Shown piece after piece: positions 19,101 to 28,878 of a DNA stretch of 64,000 bases. The notes below the pieces were generated by a model. That model saw nothing but the letters and a program-made list of their open reading frames with translations, did no database searches and was not told where the DNA came from. The DNA is taken from positions 1-64,000 of the IMG/VR virus record IMGVR_UViG_3300032245_001860; one strand, written 5' to 3'. Positions within the stretch are counted from its first letter, which is position 1. The number at the start of each line of letters is the position of its first letter. Made by a program: the position numbers and the translations under genes.

Positions 19101-19198
19101 TTACAGAATAAGTATACCAGATTATATCAGCGATGCAAATTTATTTAATTATTTGACAAAAGGATCTGGGGTGATAATATTATCACCCCAAGGTACAG

Positions 19199-19981
19199 TT
19201 AATAACCGTACCAAGGAATAATTTTTTCTGAAAAAACAAAGAGCTGGACTTCATCATTGACTACTTTATATCTCATAATGCAATAATTACTACCACATTG
19301 ACAAAAAGGCGCCCAAGCATTCCATCCTAAACAATCAGGCAGACAGGCATCACTCTCAAAGTGATGCCATTTCTCTTCAGCCAAAAGTTCAGAATATTTC
19401 TTGAGAAATTCATGGCGGTAAGTTCTCAAATTATCCCTCAACAATTTCTACATGGTCTTTGAGTCTGAACACTGGATATTCACACCAACCTGATTGATGT
19501 GATTTGCCTGTGTCTTCAAAATGTCCAGAATTCAAAACTTCTTCTTTCATGGAGCCAGCATCATTACTGTTAAAATGAAACTCTCTTGGCTCAATGTCTG
19601 TGTCTGGAAGGTTAGCTGAGATTTTTACAAGTGGCATACCATCTTGAAACAATTGGATGCCGACATGACCATTGGTATATCTACCAATCTTTGCAGTAGC
19701 CCAACCATATCTTGTAATGAGTTCAATTTTTTGCATTATACTAACTGCTCCATGTTTTCTTTTGCTCTGTTAAAGATAGTATACCAGTCAATAGTAGCCC
19801 ATGCAGAATAAAACATATCCCTGCCATATAAATTCATGTCTTCTGGTTTGCAAAAATCTTTAATCTGAAACTTAATAAATTCTTCGCTATTTCCTTTATT
19901 CAACATCTCAACAATTGTTTCCATATGAAGGACATTGACAGACCAAGTAGCCTGATTCTTCCAGCCGTTGTAATCGCTCAT
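19199..19981 (-). CDS. Three-gene cassette: 19736-19981 (YNGWKN.ATW protein), 19431-19736 (DUF4313-like) and 19199-19444 (Cys-rich)
   Basis: Coupled ORFs; DUF4313-like Y.NG..GIQL..ISANLP...SGWCEYP motif. Confidence 0.6.
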
Positions 19982-20114
19982 AGGAAAAGTATATCATAAT
20001 ATACCAACGATGCTACAAATATTTAATTATTTGACAAATTATTTTGGGGTGGTAATAATACCACCCCAATTTGATGATGATAAATAAAAAAGAGGGAGCT
20101 TTTGCTCCCTTTCA

Positions 20115-20267
20115 CTACTTTTTTTTCCGCTCTTCTTTTTTCTCTTGGAAACAATCTTCACAGGCTCCCTACCACCTGTTAGTCTCCTCCCATCTCCAAC
20201 ATCTACCTTCACCTGCTCCAACATAGCAAGCACAATAACAACATTGTTTTCCATACTTGTTTTTCAT
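20115..20267 (-). pseudogene. Zn-ribbon small protein interrupted by an in-frame TAG at 20169-20171
   Basis: GGAGG RBS; MKNKYGKQCCYCACYVGAGEGRCWRWEETNRW*GACEDCFQEKKEERKKK. Confidence 0.6.
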
Positions 20268-20322
20268 AACTACCTCCAAAGTAAATATACCAGTATATAC
20301 TTCAGATGTCAAGAAAATTTAT

Positions 20323-21919
20323 CTACTTTGCGTAATCTATGCTTTGGAATGTTGACTGCTTGAACATATCTGCTATCTTGTATGCCTCTGAAAGAAATGC
20401 ATAGATAGCACTTGAAAGAACCAAAAAACTACTTTGGTCATATGTCAGGTCTTTTGGCAAGATTTGATAGCACTGTTCATTTCCATTATTGAGAAATGTA
20501 TAAACTGTGCCTGAAATCTGCAATTTTTGTTTATTATATTGAACTTGAATTTGTCCAACATCATGAGTAATGACTAATACTAAATCTTGAGTGGCAAAAG
20601 AATCTATTGATTCTTTAACAAATGTTTCAGAGTCATAAATAAACTTTGCATTATTACTGTAAATCATTAGATTACTCTTCTCTTTTCATTCTCATCAGCG
20701 TTACTTATCATACAGCACAAAAAATAATAAAACAATACTGCAAAACAAGCAAGCATACCATTACTAAACAACCAGTATGCGGTTTTGCCATCACCTGTAA
20801 AAATCCACTCAAACAAACCATACACCAATGAAAGAGGAGTGGCACAAGCAAGAATGGTAAGAATGTTTTTCAATACTTTCAGACCTGTTGTGGTGTAAAG
20901 TCTCATATGGGCAAAAAAGACAAGCAATCCGCCACCCCAAACCACAACATACAATAATCTATTAACCATATCTAAAGTCATCCTGCTACCTCCCAATTTT
21001 CTGCCATTACATCTTCTGTCTTCAGAGTATAATATGCCCAATTAACTACATCACCATTTGAAAAAATAATCTTGAATTTCAATCGCTCATTTTCTAACTT
21101 GACAAATAGAATTGTGCTTTTATGTTCATATGGTTTTGTTCTTGTGATTGTTTGACCATCACGTAATGCTGGTAATACCTGTTCAAGTTTCATGATTAGA
21201 GTATACCATAGTATACTATCGTTGCAACAAAAATTAATTTATTTGACAAGATTATTTGGGGTGGTATTATTACCACCCCAAAAAGAAAACCCCAAGATAA
21301 ATTTCCTGGGGTTTTATATTATGCTTCTACGTTTACATACTTGGCTTCGGGATACCAGTGTTGAACCATCAGGACAGCTTCTTTTGGTTCCTGATCATCA
21401 AGATTATTTACAAAGTCTTTCAACAATGTAAAAAACTTGTATCTGGAAACCAATGTCAATGAAGTGTTTTCATCACCTGTAGTGAACTTTTCCAAAAACT
21501 GTTCCTGTTCATCATCACCCAATTCAATACTTTCAAAGATATATGAAGCATTCCAATAACCAACAGTTTCAACCGCCATTATTTCACCTCAACTTTCTTT
21601 GACAACATTCCAAATGCGATAGACAACAACGCCAAAGTTACAAGCACAGACATTACAATACTATCCATTACTTTGCCTCCTCTGCAAACGGGTCACCAAT
21701 CTCATCCTGTTCATCAAAAGCCTTGCCAATCGCTTCCAACTCTGCATCAAGTTTTGCAAGGTCTTCGGTAATCCAAGCCAACCTTTGTTCTGGTGTTGCA
21801 ATCTCGACTGAAAGAGAGGCTGAAACTTGGCACTTGAATGCCGTCTTTGCTACTTCACACTTGATAATGTAATCTTGATATGTCATCTCTATCCCCTTAC
21901 ACTTAGAAGTATACCACAA
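20323..21919 (-). CDS. Small hypothetical genes (20323-20667, 20667-~20981 membrane protein, 20978-21193, 21319-21579, 21668-~21886)
   Basis: Coupled minus-strand ORFs inside palindrome-delimited cassettes. Confidence 0.55.
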
Positions 21920-21994
21920 TATACTACCATTGCAAGAAAAATTAATTTATTTGACAAAATACTTTGGGGTGATATCAATATCACCCCAAATAAC

Positions 21995-22330
21995 AAATAA
22001 ACCCCCAAGAAAATTCTTAGGGGGTTTATTTGATGGTTACACTATAGAGGATTGATTTGTGGTTAGCTGGACTTCAACCAGTACGGAACACAAGGGCAGT
22101 TCTTTCGATGGTCTCTGCCTCCGATGTTATCCTTGTCCTTAAAGGAGCATGATACCCAACCACAAATCATTATACTTGGAGATATTGTTTGCGTCAATAG
22201 TCTCCAAGGTTTCAGTAAAAGATTGTGGACTAAACCACTCCAAGGTTGCTACCCTTATTTGGACTACGCAATTAGTCCGAGCCGTTCTGGTCTTTTACTG
22301 GATGAAGGTTGCTAATTACTTCAACCTTAC
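21995..22330 (-). ncRNA. Putative ~335-nt multi-stem non-coding RNA
   Basis: TTGACA-N17-TATTAT promoter (22365-22337), at least five helices, terminator at 21995-22031. Confidence 0.6.
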
Positions 22331-22797
22331 TTTGTTATAATACTGGAATAATCTTCGTTTGTCAAGGAGTAGACTGGAAGAAATTCCTTAACTAATTTCC
22401 ATCCTTGTTCTTCATGGGCAAAATCTAAGACCCACCATTGACCACCAGAATAAAGATAATAAAAGTCAGCCATAGTAGAATAGAAAGGTTTCATCCATTC
22501 ATCCAGTGAGACAACCTCAGCAATGACTTCTGATGAATCCTCTCCACGGTCTCTGCCATATGCTACACATACATAGGCTTGAGGCTTATCGAAAGAATGC
22601 TCACCTGTAGGATTGAGATTTTGAGCCAATTGTGAAAGGTCACCAAGCTCTAAGAGTGCATCAATATTTTCTTCAGTGTTATAATACTCTACAAGAGTTT
22701 CACCTACACCACCCTCAATATATCCATCCCAATGACAATAAATTTGTTTGATTGTGCCATCAGGTAACATTTTGCCGATTCTTGAATTGGTTGCCAT
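22327..22797 (-). CDS. Conserved phage protein (MATxSRIG...IYCHWDGY family)
   Basis: IYCHWDGY, LLELGDLS.L and AYGRDRGE motifs. Confidence 0.75.
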   Translation of the reverse strand: MATNSRIGKMLPDGTIKQIYCHWDGYIEGGVGETLVEYYNTEENIDALLELGDLSQLAQNLNPTGEHSFDKPQAYVCVAYGRDRGEDSSEVIAEVVSLDEWMKPFYSTMADFYYLYSGGQWWVLDFAHEEQGWKLVKEFLPVYSLTNEDYSSIITK

Positions 22798-22824
22798 GAT
22801 TGTTCTCCGTTATATTATATCAGG

Positions 22825-24043
22825 TTATTTCCACATATTTTTAGGCTTGGTAGACCTTTCACCGGGCATATAGAATTTCTTAATCTTATTCTTGTTGTAT
22901 GTCCAGCGTCCAACCAATTCGCCTAAGGGATTTTCATCAGTAGCCTTGTAAATAGCAAAATACCAGCCTTCAAGCGCATATTTCTTTGCTGTTTCCTTAG
23001 CCTGAATCAAAGTGGTGCAAGGCGTTAAAGATTTGGTTTTATCCCAAGTTTCGCCGATAACGATTCTGTATAGTGTCATAGGTTAAGTATATCAGTTTAT
23101 ATCAAAAATGCAAGGAAAATTATTTTATTTGACATAAAAAAATGGGGTGGTTTTTATACCACCCCAAAATCCTGCCAACAATATAAATTATTAGCAGGAT
23201 AGAACTTTTTTCTAATTTACTCCAGTTTCCAGTCTGACGGAATATGATTTGTTTTTAGCCCATTGCATTCCAAACAAATCAAAAATTCCAATTACTAATA
23301 ACGCAATATGCCATTCTTCAAACTGACTATGAATATCAACTACACTGCCAAAAGTAAATTTGGTGTTTTCATAAAAGATTGAAAACATCAGAGCTGCAAC
23401 AAAAACCTGAACATACAAACATAACTTTTCATAACTCTTTAACTTCATAACTTTTCTCCTACACAGGTAGTATACCACAATATACTACCTGTGTTAATTA
23501 ATTTTAAGGAAGATTTGCGACAAAGTCACTCAGGAAGGAATCGTAATTTCTTTTAGAGTTATCCTTAAGAATACGCTCTATGGTCATGCGACTTTCGAGT
23601 AATTTGTAATGGGAATCATTGTTTTGTTTTTCGATGAGTTTTTCGATGGATTCTTTAAGCTCTTCTGACTTAACATAGAATGAAGCATCAATATCATCCA
23701 GTGTTGCGATAAAGTCTTCAGCAACCAAACCACCATGTTGAGATTTCTTGCCATGAGAGAGACGAGCAACCTCAGTAACAGGAACAAGCATCCAATCAAT
23801 CTTAGAATCAAGTGTGCCAATTCCAAGCAGATGAATTGCCATGTTGATAGTTTCCATCTGATTGAAGTTTTGCACAGAACTGTTAAGGTCAGTTACAGAA
23901 ACTTTCAATTGATAATCTTCACCATTGTAAACAAAATATTTAATCTTGTTCTTGATAATAAGAGAGTCACCCAAAATTTCTTTGAGCGATTCAAGACCAT
24001 AAGTGTTAATGCTTCGGTTTTTCATAACTGGATTGTATCTCAC
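22825..24043 (-). CDS. Hypothetical genes (22825-23079, 23212-~23448 membrane protein, 23504-~24025)
   Basis: Each has its own extended -10 promoter. Confidence 0.55.
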
Positions 24044-24061
24044 TTTATATCAGAGCGCAAG

Positions 24062-24113
24062 AAAAAAAGACCAGATATTTCTACCTGGTCTGAATGAAAG
24101 ACAAACTATGAGC
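24062..24113 (-). ncRNA. Putative ~50-nt antisense RNA complementary to an RBS+AUG
   Basis: TTGCAT-N16-TATAAT extended promoter (24147-24120); complementary to GAATGAAAGACAAACTATG; terminator AGACCAG/CTGGTCT. Confidence 0.55.
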
Positions 24114-24254
24114 ACACTTATTATATCAAAATATATTTATCATGCAAATTAATTTATTTCTTTATTCTGGGGTTATAATATTATAACCCCATGAGCTGTT
24201 TCGCAAATAAAAAAATATCCCTTGACAAGTGCCAAGGGATGTGATAGTGGAGTT

Positions 24255-24851
24255 TTAGTCTTTGAAGCGGTCTGCGTTGGTCTCGATGACTCGCTTGGCT
24301 TCCGCTACCGTCATGAGGTCAATCAATGCTTTTTCAATGACCTTTTCCATCTGTTCAATTTCAAAGTCACCATTCTTTGTGTAGATGGCGTTTGTGCCGT
24401 ATCGGGTTGTATTGAATCCGACATTGTTCTTGAAATTGTTTACCACAATATGGAAATTGCGGATGAGGTCTTCGTACACTTCATCATTGTTTGAGGAGAT
24501 GAAGGTAAGGTGCGTAAAGTGTTGATTCTTGCGGTCACGGGTATTCTCATACCAGTAATTCTTGTGGAACCACTTGCGAGATGCGTCTGAACCCTTCTCG
24601 GCATGAATGCGGGTAACCAAGAGAATTGGCGTACCATTGTAAGAGAACAAGTAATCGCCAGTATGCTTGAAATCTAAAATACCCAAGCCACCATCAAACA
24701 TATCTGCGGTAATCTTGTTTGTGCCTGTGAGAAGGCTGTTAAGTTCATTGTACTTTGTTACCAGTACGCTGTTGACAACAAACAAGCTATCTTGTTGAGC
24801 CTGAGATTGAGGGGTTGTTGCACCGTGAGAACCAATTTGAATACCTTGCAT
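24255..24851 (-). CDS. Hypothetical protein
   Basis: 198 aa, AAGGAGG RBS, sole gene of its cassette. Confidence 0.7.
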   Translation of the reverse strand: MQGIQIGSHGATTPQSQAQQDSLFVVNSVLVTKYNELNSLLTGTNKITADMFDGGLGILDFKHTGDYLFSYNGTPILLVTRIHAEKGSDASRKWFHKNYWYENTRDRKNQHFTHLTFISSNNDEVYEDLIRNFHIVVNNFKNNVGFNTTRYGTNAIYTKNGDFEIEQMEKVIEKALIDLMTVAEAKRVIETNADRFKD

Positions 24852-25071
24852 CGTATTCCTCCTTGTTGATAGTATACCACATTATCAACCCTGTGCAAGA
24901 AAAAACTTTTTATTTGACAGGTGATTTTTGGGGTGGTACAACTACCACCCCAATCCAGGCTTTGTAAATAAAAAAATATTTTTTATTTTTTCTTGACAAA
25001 AACCTGGAAAGATGGTAGCTGAAAAATATATTAAAGCATCCCTTGACTTTCATCAAGGGATGTGGTGCAGG

Positions 25072-25952
25072 TCAGGCGCATACCTCACGTTTGCGCAGAA
25101 CATTAACCAATCTGCTGTTTTCCGCTTCAATGTCACCTCTTGAGATAAGGTTCTTAATTGCATTCTCAGGCGTATCATCGCACAGGTTAGAATGAATCTC
25201 AAGAGTGTTACCGAAACTGTAAAGGTATTGAATTGGGAAGCGATACAGTTGATTGTGTACACGCTCTCGCATTGAATCAGAGAAAGGTTGATAATACATA
25301 CGGTCTTCCTTGCCGTTTCCAAGTTTGGCATATGCCATTGCCTTTCCAACGGATTGAAAGAACTCCAAAGCCCAAAGGAAGGTATCGACAATGCCTTCAT
25401 ATGCAAAGACATACAGTTCGCTTGAATTCCAAGCGCAGGCAATACAATCCTGCCCGTTGGCTGTTCGACCTACAAAGAGAGACTTGACCGACGATGATTG
25501 GAAATTCTTGATTTCCCAGAGGTGCATAGTGTTTTCCATGGCTTAAATATACCACCTTATACCAGCAGTTCGCAAGTAATTAGGTGTGAAAAAATACACT
25601 AAAAATAAATTTGACAAACTGAAAAAAGTGTGATAGAAAAATATTTAATTTGACATTTTTTCTGGGGTGGTATTTGTACCACCCCAATTGAGGCTTTGCA
25701 AAATAAAAAAATAAATTTAAAAATCCCTTGACATCTGCCAAGGGATATGGTAGCTGTCTACTCTGCGTAGATTTTTAGTTGATTGGTTTCAGGAATAAAC
25801 CTTGTTTCAAATTCATCATTGTTGATGAAATCTGCAATTTTTGCATTGAATTCTTCTTCGGTCATACCTTCTGTGTAACCAAGGTCAGACATGGAGAGTT
25901 CCCAGAATCGATTGGTAGAAAAGGTGAGTTCTACTTGTGTATCTTTGTTCAT
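25072..25952 (-). CDS. Two single-gene cassettes (25072-25539 and 25758-25952)
   Basis: Leaderless-type starts, ATCCCTTGAC-type terminators. Confidence 0.6.
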
Positions 25953-26965
25953 GTCTATATATTACAGTATAAAGTGGTATGATGTCAAATTTATTAATGT
26001 AAGAATTAATAACTAATTAGCCCTTGCATCTGATTATATAAAGTGGTATATTATGTACATGAACGATATGTACCGACCAACAGCCTACGTCATCGAAGCC
26101 GGTATGCAAAAAGCATATGTGCTAATCCTCCACAGAATCATCAAGAACAGCATCAAGAATAAATTTGTTCTTGCTGAAGCAGACCGCATACTTGAAGAAT
26201 CAAACACTGCCTATGAACGTGCAAAGGCTAAAGCAATAGAGATGTAGGCTCTATCATATAACCAGAGTTTTGTCAAGTAAAAAATTATTTTATTTGATAA
26301 AACTTTGGGGTGGTTTGTGTACCACCCCAAAACCCCTAATGCAATATAAATTTTACATTAGGGGTTTTTATTTACTAAGGGTAAAGTATGTAACCTACTA
26401 AACCATAACGACGTAGACAATGTGTAATTCCTGCCATGGAATTCGTTGTTGCCAATAGCTCACCATTTGGGTGATATAACTCATACAGCATATTTCTGTA
26501 TTTGACTGTGCCTGTTTTCATAACAGGCACATTATATCATTTTAGAATGTTACTTGGCAACAATTCCCCTTTGTGTATAGAATTTACTTCCATCATTGAG
26601 AATCCACTCTGTGTTATATTGGCGAGCATACTTCTCACCCAGTTCTTGTGCATTGCTACCAGATGCAAGCAACAATCCATTCCGGAATGCAGAGAATTTC
26701 ATCTTTGGCATATTGGTGACAAAGGTAACAATAATCTTGTCTGTAGTGTTCATGTCAATAGTATACCACAATATACTATCTAAACAAATTAAATTAACTT
26801 GCTGTGGATCCATTGCAATCGTTATATAAGATGGTATACTTACTCTATGAACATAATCATCTCCATCATCGGCATCATCTTGAGTGCTATTCTATTGCTG
26901 GGTACTATCACAATCAACAAAGAAAAGTAATTTGCAAAGTCTATATAAGGTGGTATACTTAACCT

Positions 26966-27136
26966 ATGAACGAAAACGATGACCCAATGTTTACAATGTT
27001 CGTCTCCCAAGCCCTTCAGGAACTTGCCAAACAAAAGCCTGATGTGTCGCAAGAAGACCTCTACGAAGAGGCTATTGAACTTGCATACGAGCGATGGGAT
27101 TCCTACTGCGAATCACAATACTTTCAGGGAGAGTAA
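26966..27136 (+). CDS. Small acidic 56-aa protein (not in ORF track)
   Basis: TGG-TATACT-N6-ATG; MNENDDPMF...YFQGE. Confidence 0.55.
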   Translation: MNENDDPMFTMFVSQALQELAKQKPDVSQEDLYEEAIELAYERWDSYCESQYFQGE

Positions 27137-27239
27137 AATCTCCCTACCACACAATCTCTTTCTTGTCAAATTAAATTATTTTATTTTCAAGAAAGGGATT
27201 GGGGTGATAATATTATCACCCCATAATACAAGATATAAT

Positions 27240-27309
27240 AAAAAAAAGACCAGACAAATAAATCATCTGGTCTATAAAAAGTACCTTTTAGAAAGATAAC
27301 CAATGTATC
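27240..27309 (-). ncRNA. Putative antisense RNA, paralogue of 24062-24113
   Basis: TTGCAG-N17-TAGAAT promoter; complementary to AGAAAGATAACCAATG; same AGACCAG/CTGGTCT terminator stem. Confidence 0.5.
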
Positions 27310-27453
27310 AACACTATTCTACCCAATCATCGTTATCTCTGCAAGGTTTTCCCCATGATTTTATTGTCAAAGTCATAAGAAGACCGAAGCCGATAAAACT
27401 AACAGCGCAAATGATGATGATAGCGTGTACAATAGGGTTCATGTTTATATGAT

Positions 27454-28223
27454 ATGGTATATTTGCTGGGTTGTCAATTAAATACCAGTATAATTGCCTA
27501 TAGCGAAATAAGGAGAAAGGATATGGAAATCAAAGAAAATCCAACAGAACAAATACAAGATTTAGACCCATTACCAGAAGTATTTTTGTTTGTTAATGTT
27601 CTTACTGGTAGACATGCACAAACAACTGATACAAATAAGTTAGCTGTGTTTAAAAATGAGAATGTAGCAAGAATATGGGAAGAAAAATCTAAAGCATTGA
27701 AAGGTATGGTGGGTTATTGGGCTGCTTGGAAAGAAATGTTAGACATAGCCAAGAAACAAACAGGTGGTCAATATGAATACTTTGGAACTGGTAACTAATG
27801 GTCTGTTGGTTGCTTTTATAATATGGTTTGTAGTATTTAGTTATATGGTGGGAAAAAATAAGAAAGATGACGATAGTAAACAAGACTGACCACGTAGTAG
27901 CTTTGTGGGTAAATGATGCCTGGACTACTATTATGCCTTATGGTTTGTGTTCTAAGCTAAAAGAAGAAAAGCAGCTAATAGAAACAAGAAATGGTGTAAC
28001 ATTGAAGAAGCTTATAGTTCATGGGGTTATAGAGTTGCCTGATAGAAAACCAGATACTATATATATTGTTGAGCCAGAAGTTGCCCGATATGTTTGGAAG
28101 TCATCTTATAGAGAAGATGTATGTTATTTAGATAATCCAGTAGTAAGAGATGATAAATACAGAACCTTAGCTGCTATGTCTCTTGTTTGTTTTCATGAAG
28201 TATTATTATCTTATTGCTTGTAG
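27454..28223 (+). CDS. Two hypothetical genes (~27523-27798 and 27867-28223)
   Basis: Second has IVNKTDH, LPDRKPDTIYIV and REDV motifs of a common phage family. Confidence 0.6.
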
Positions 28224-28392
28224 GGGGTAGTTAAAAACACTTGACGGGGGGTACTTAAACTTTTGGGTCCCATATGGATCCGCACCCCCTATCAAAAAAA
28301 GGCCATAGGTGGAGAAATCGTCAGCTATATTTTTAAAATCACATAGGGGGTATACTATTTTTTTCGAATTCTCAAAAAAGTAACCATCCTTT

Positions 28393-28788
28393 TTATCTAT
28401 AACTTGCTACTAAATTTTCTGCATATTTTACTACTGTTTCATTTCTTAGATATATATGTTGTTTTCTGTGACAATTAGCACATAACATCATACATTTATC
28501 TAATTCGTTTTTGACATCTTCCCATTTACGTGATTCTATCTTGTCGCCAAGTTCAAAAGATTTATTATTTCTGTCAATATGATGAAAATCAAACATTTCA
28601 AGATCATCAATTGTTTTTCTTTCAATACCACAAATTTCGCATTTGTTATTTTTGTAATTTGATGCTGATATTCTTCTTGCAAGTCTTTTTGATTTTCTTT
28701 TGCAAATGATACATAGTTGAATAGCATCTGTTTTATGTTTTATTTCCCTATTGCAACATTTACAAAAAGAATTATAATAAACTATCAT
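28393..28788 (-). CDS. HNH endonuclease
   Basis: KCEICG, FDFHHID and ELDKCMMLCANCHRKQH motifs. Confidence 0.88.
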   Translation of the reverse strand: MIVYYNSFCKCCNREIKHKTDAIQLCIICKRKSKRLARRISASNYKNNKCEICGIERKTIDDLEMFDFHHIDRNNKSFELGDKIESRKWEDVKNELDKCMMLCANCHRKQHIYLRNETVVKYAENLVASYR

Positions 28789-28878
28789 ATCTATTTTTTA
28801 CAGAAACTATATGGGGGTGGTTAATTTTTTTTGATTTTGCCCAGAAATAACCATCCTTTTTTGGATGGTTATATTTAT

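Larger units (their letters stand above)
1133..27223. repeat. 26 dispersed copies of a 24-bp palindrome TGGGGT(GG/GA/TA)T-N6-A(CC/TC/TA)ACCCCA with outer TTATTTG...CAAATAA boxes, at cassette boundaries
   Basis: Copies start at 1133, 3290, 4682, 5725, 7345, 8560, 9121, 10098, 12671, 13504, 14166, 15573, 16108, 17180, 17870, 18602, 19167, 20045, 21257, 21965, 23143, 24168, 24929, 25663, 26306 and 27200; none found after 27223. Confidence 0.97.

Noticed and set aside
20039-20254. ORF-track 71-aa protein
   Set aside because: Wrong frame; it runs through the terminator and palindrome, and the RBS serves the Zn-ribbon frame
20115-20267. Genome-wide TAG reassignment
   Set aside because: Long genes are open in code 11 and TAG ends genes just before terminators (3219, 17488)
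22124-22340. Two 63-aa plus-strand ORFs
   Set aside because: No matching promoter, poor RBS spacing, and antisense to a structured transcript
1133-27223. Palindromic repeats as a CRISPR array
   Set aside because: Intervals are 0.5-2.6 kb and contain genes; no cas genes are present
1133-27223. Palindromes as ordinary intrinsic terminators or G-quadruplexes
   Set aside because: Separate terminators lie next to them, there is no consistent T tail, and each has only one G run per strand
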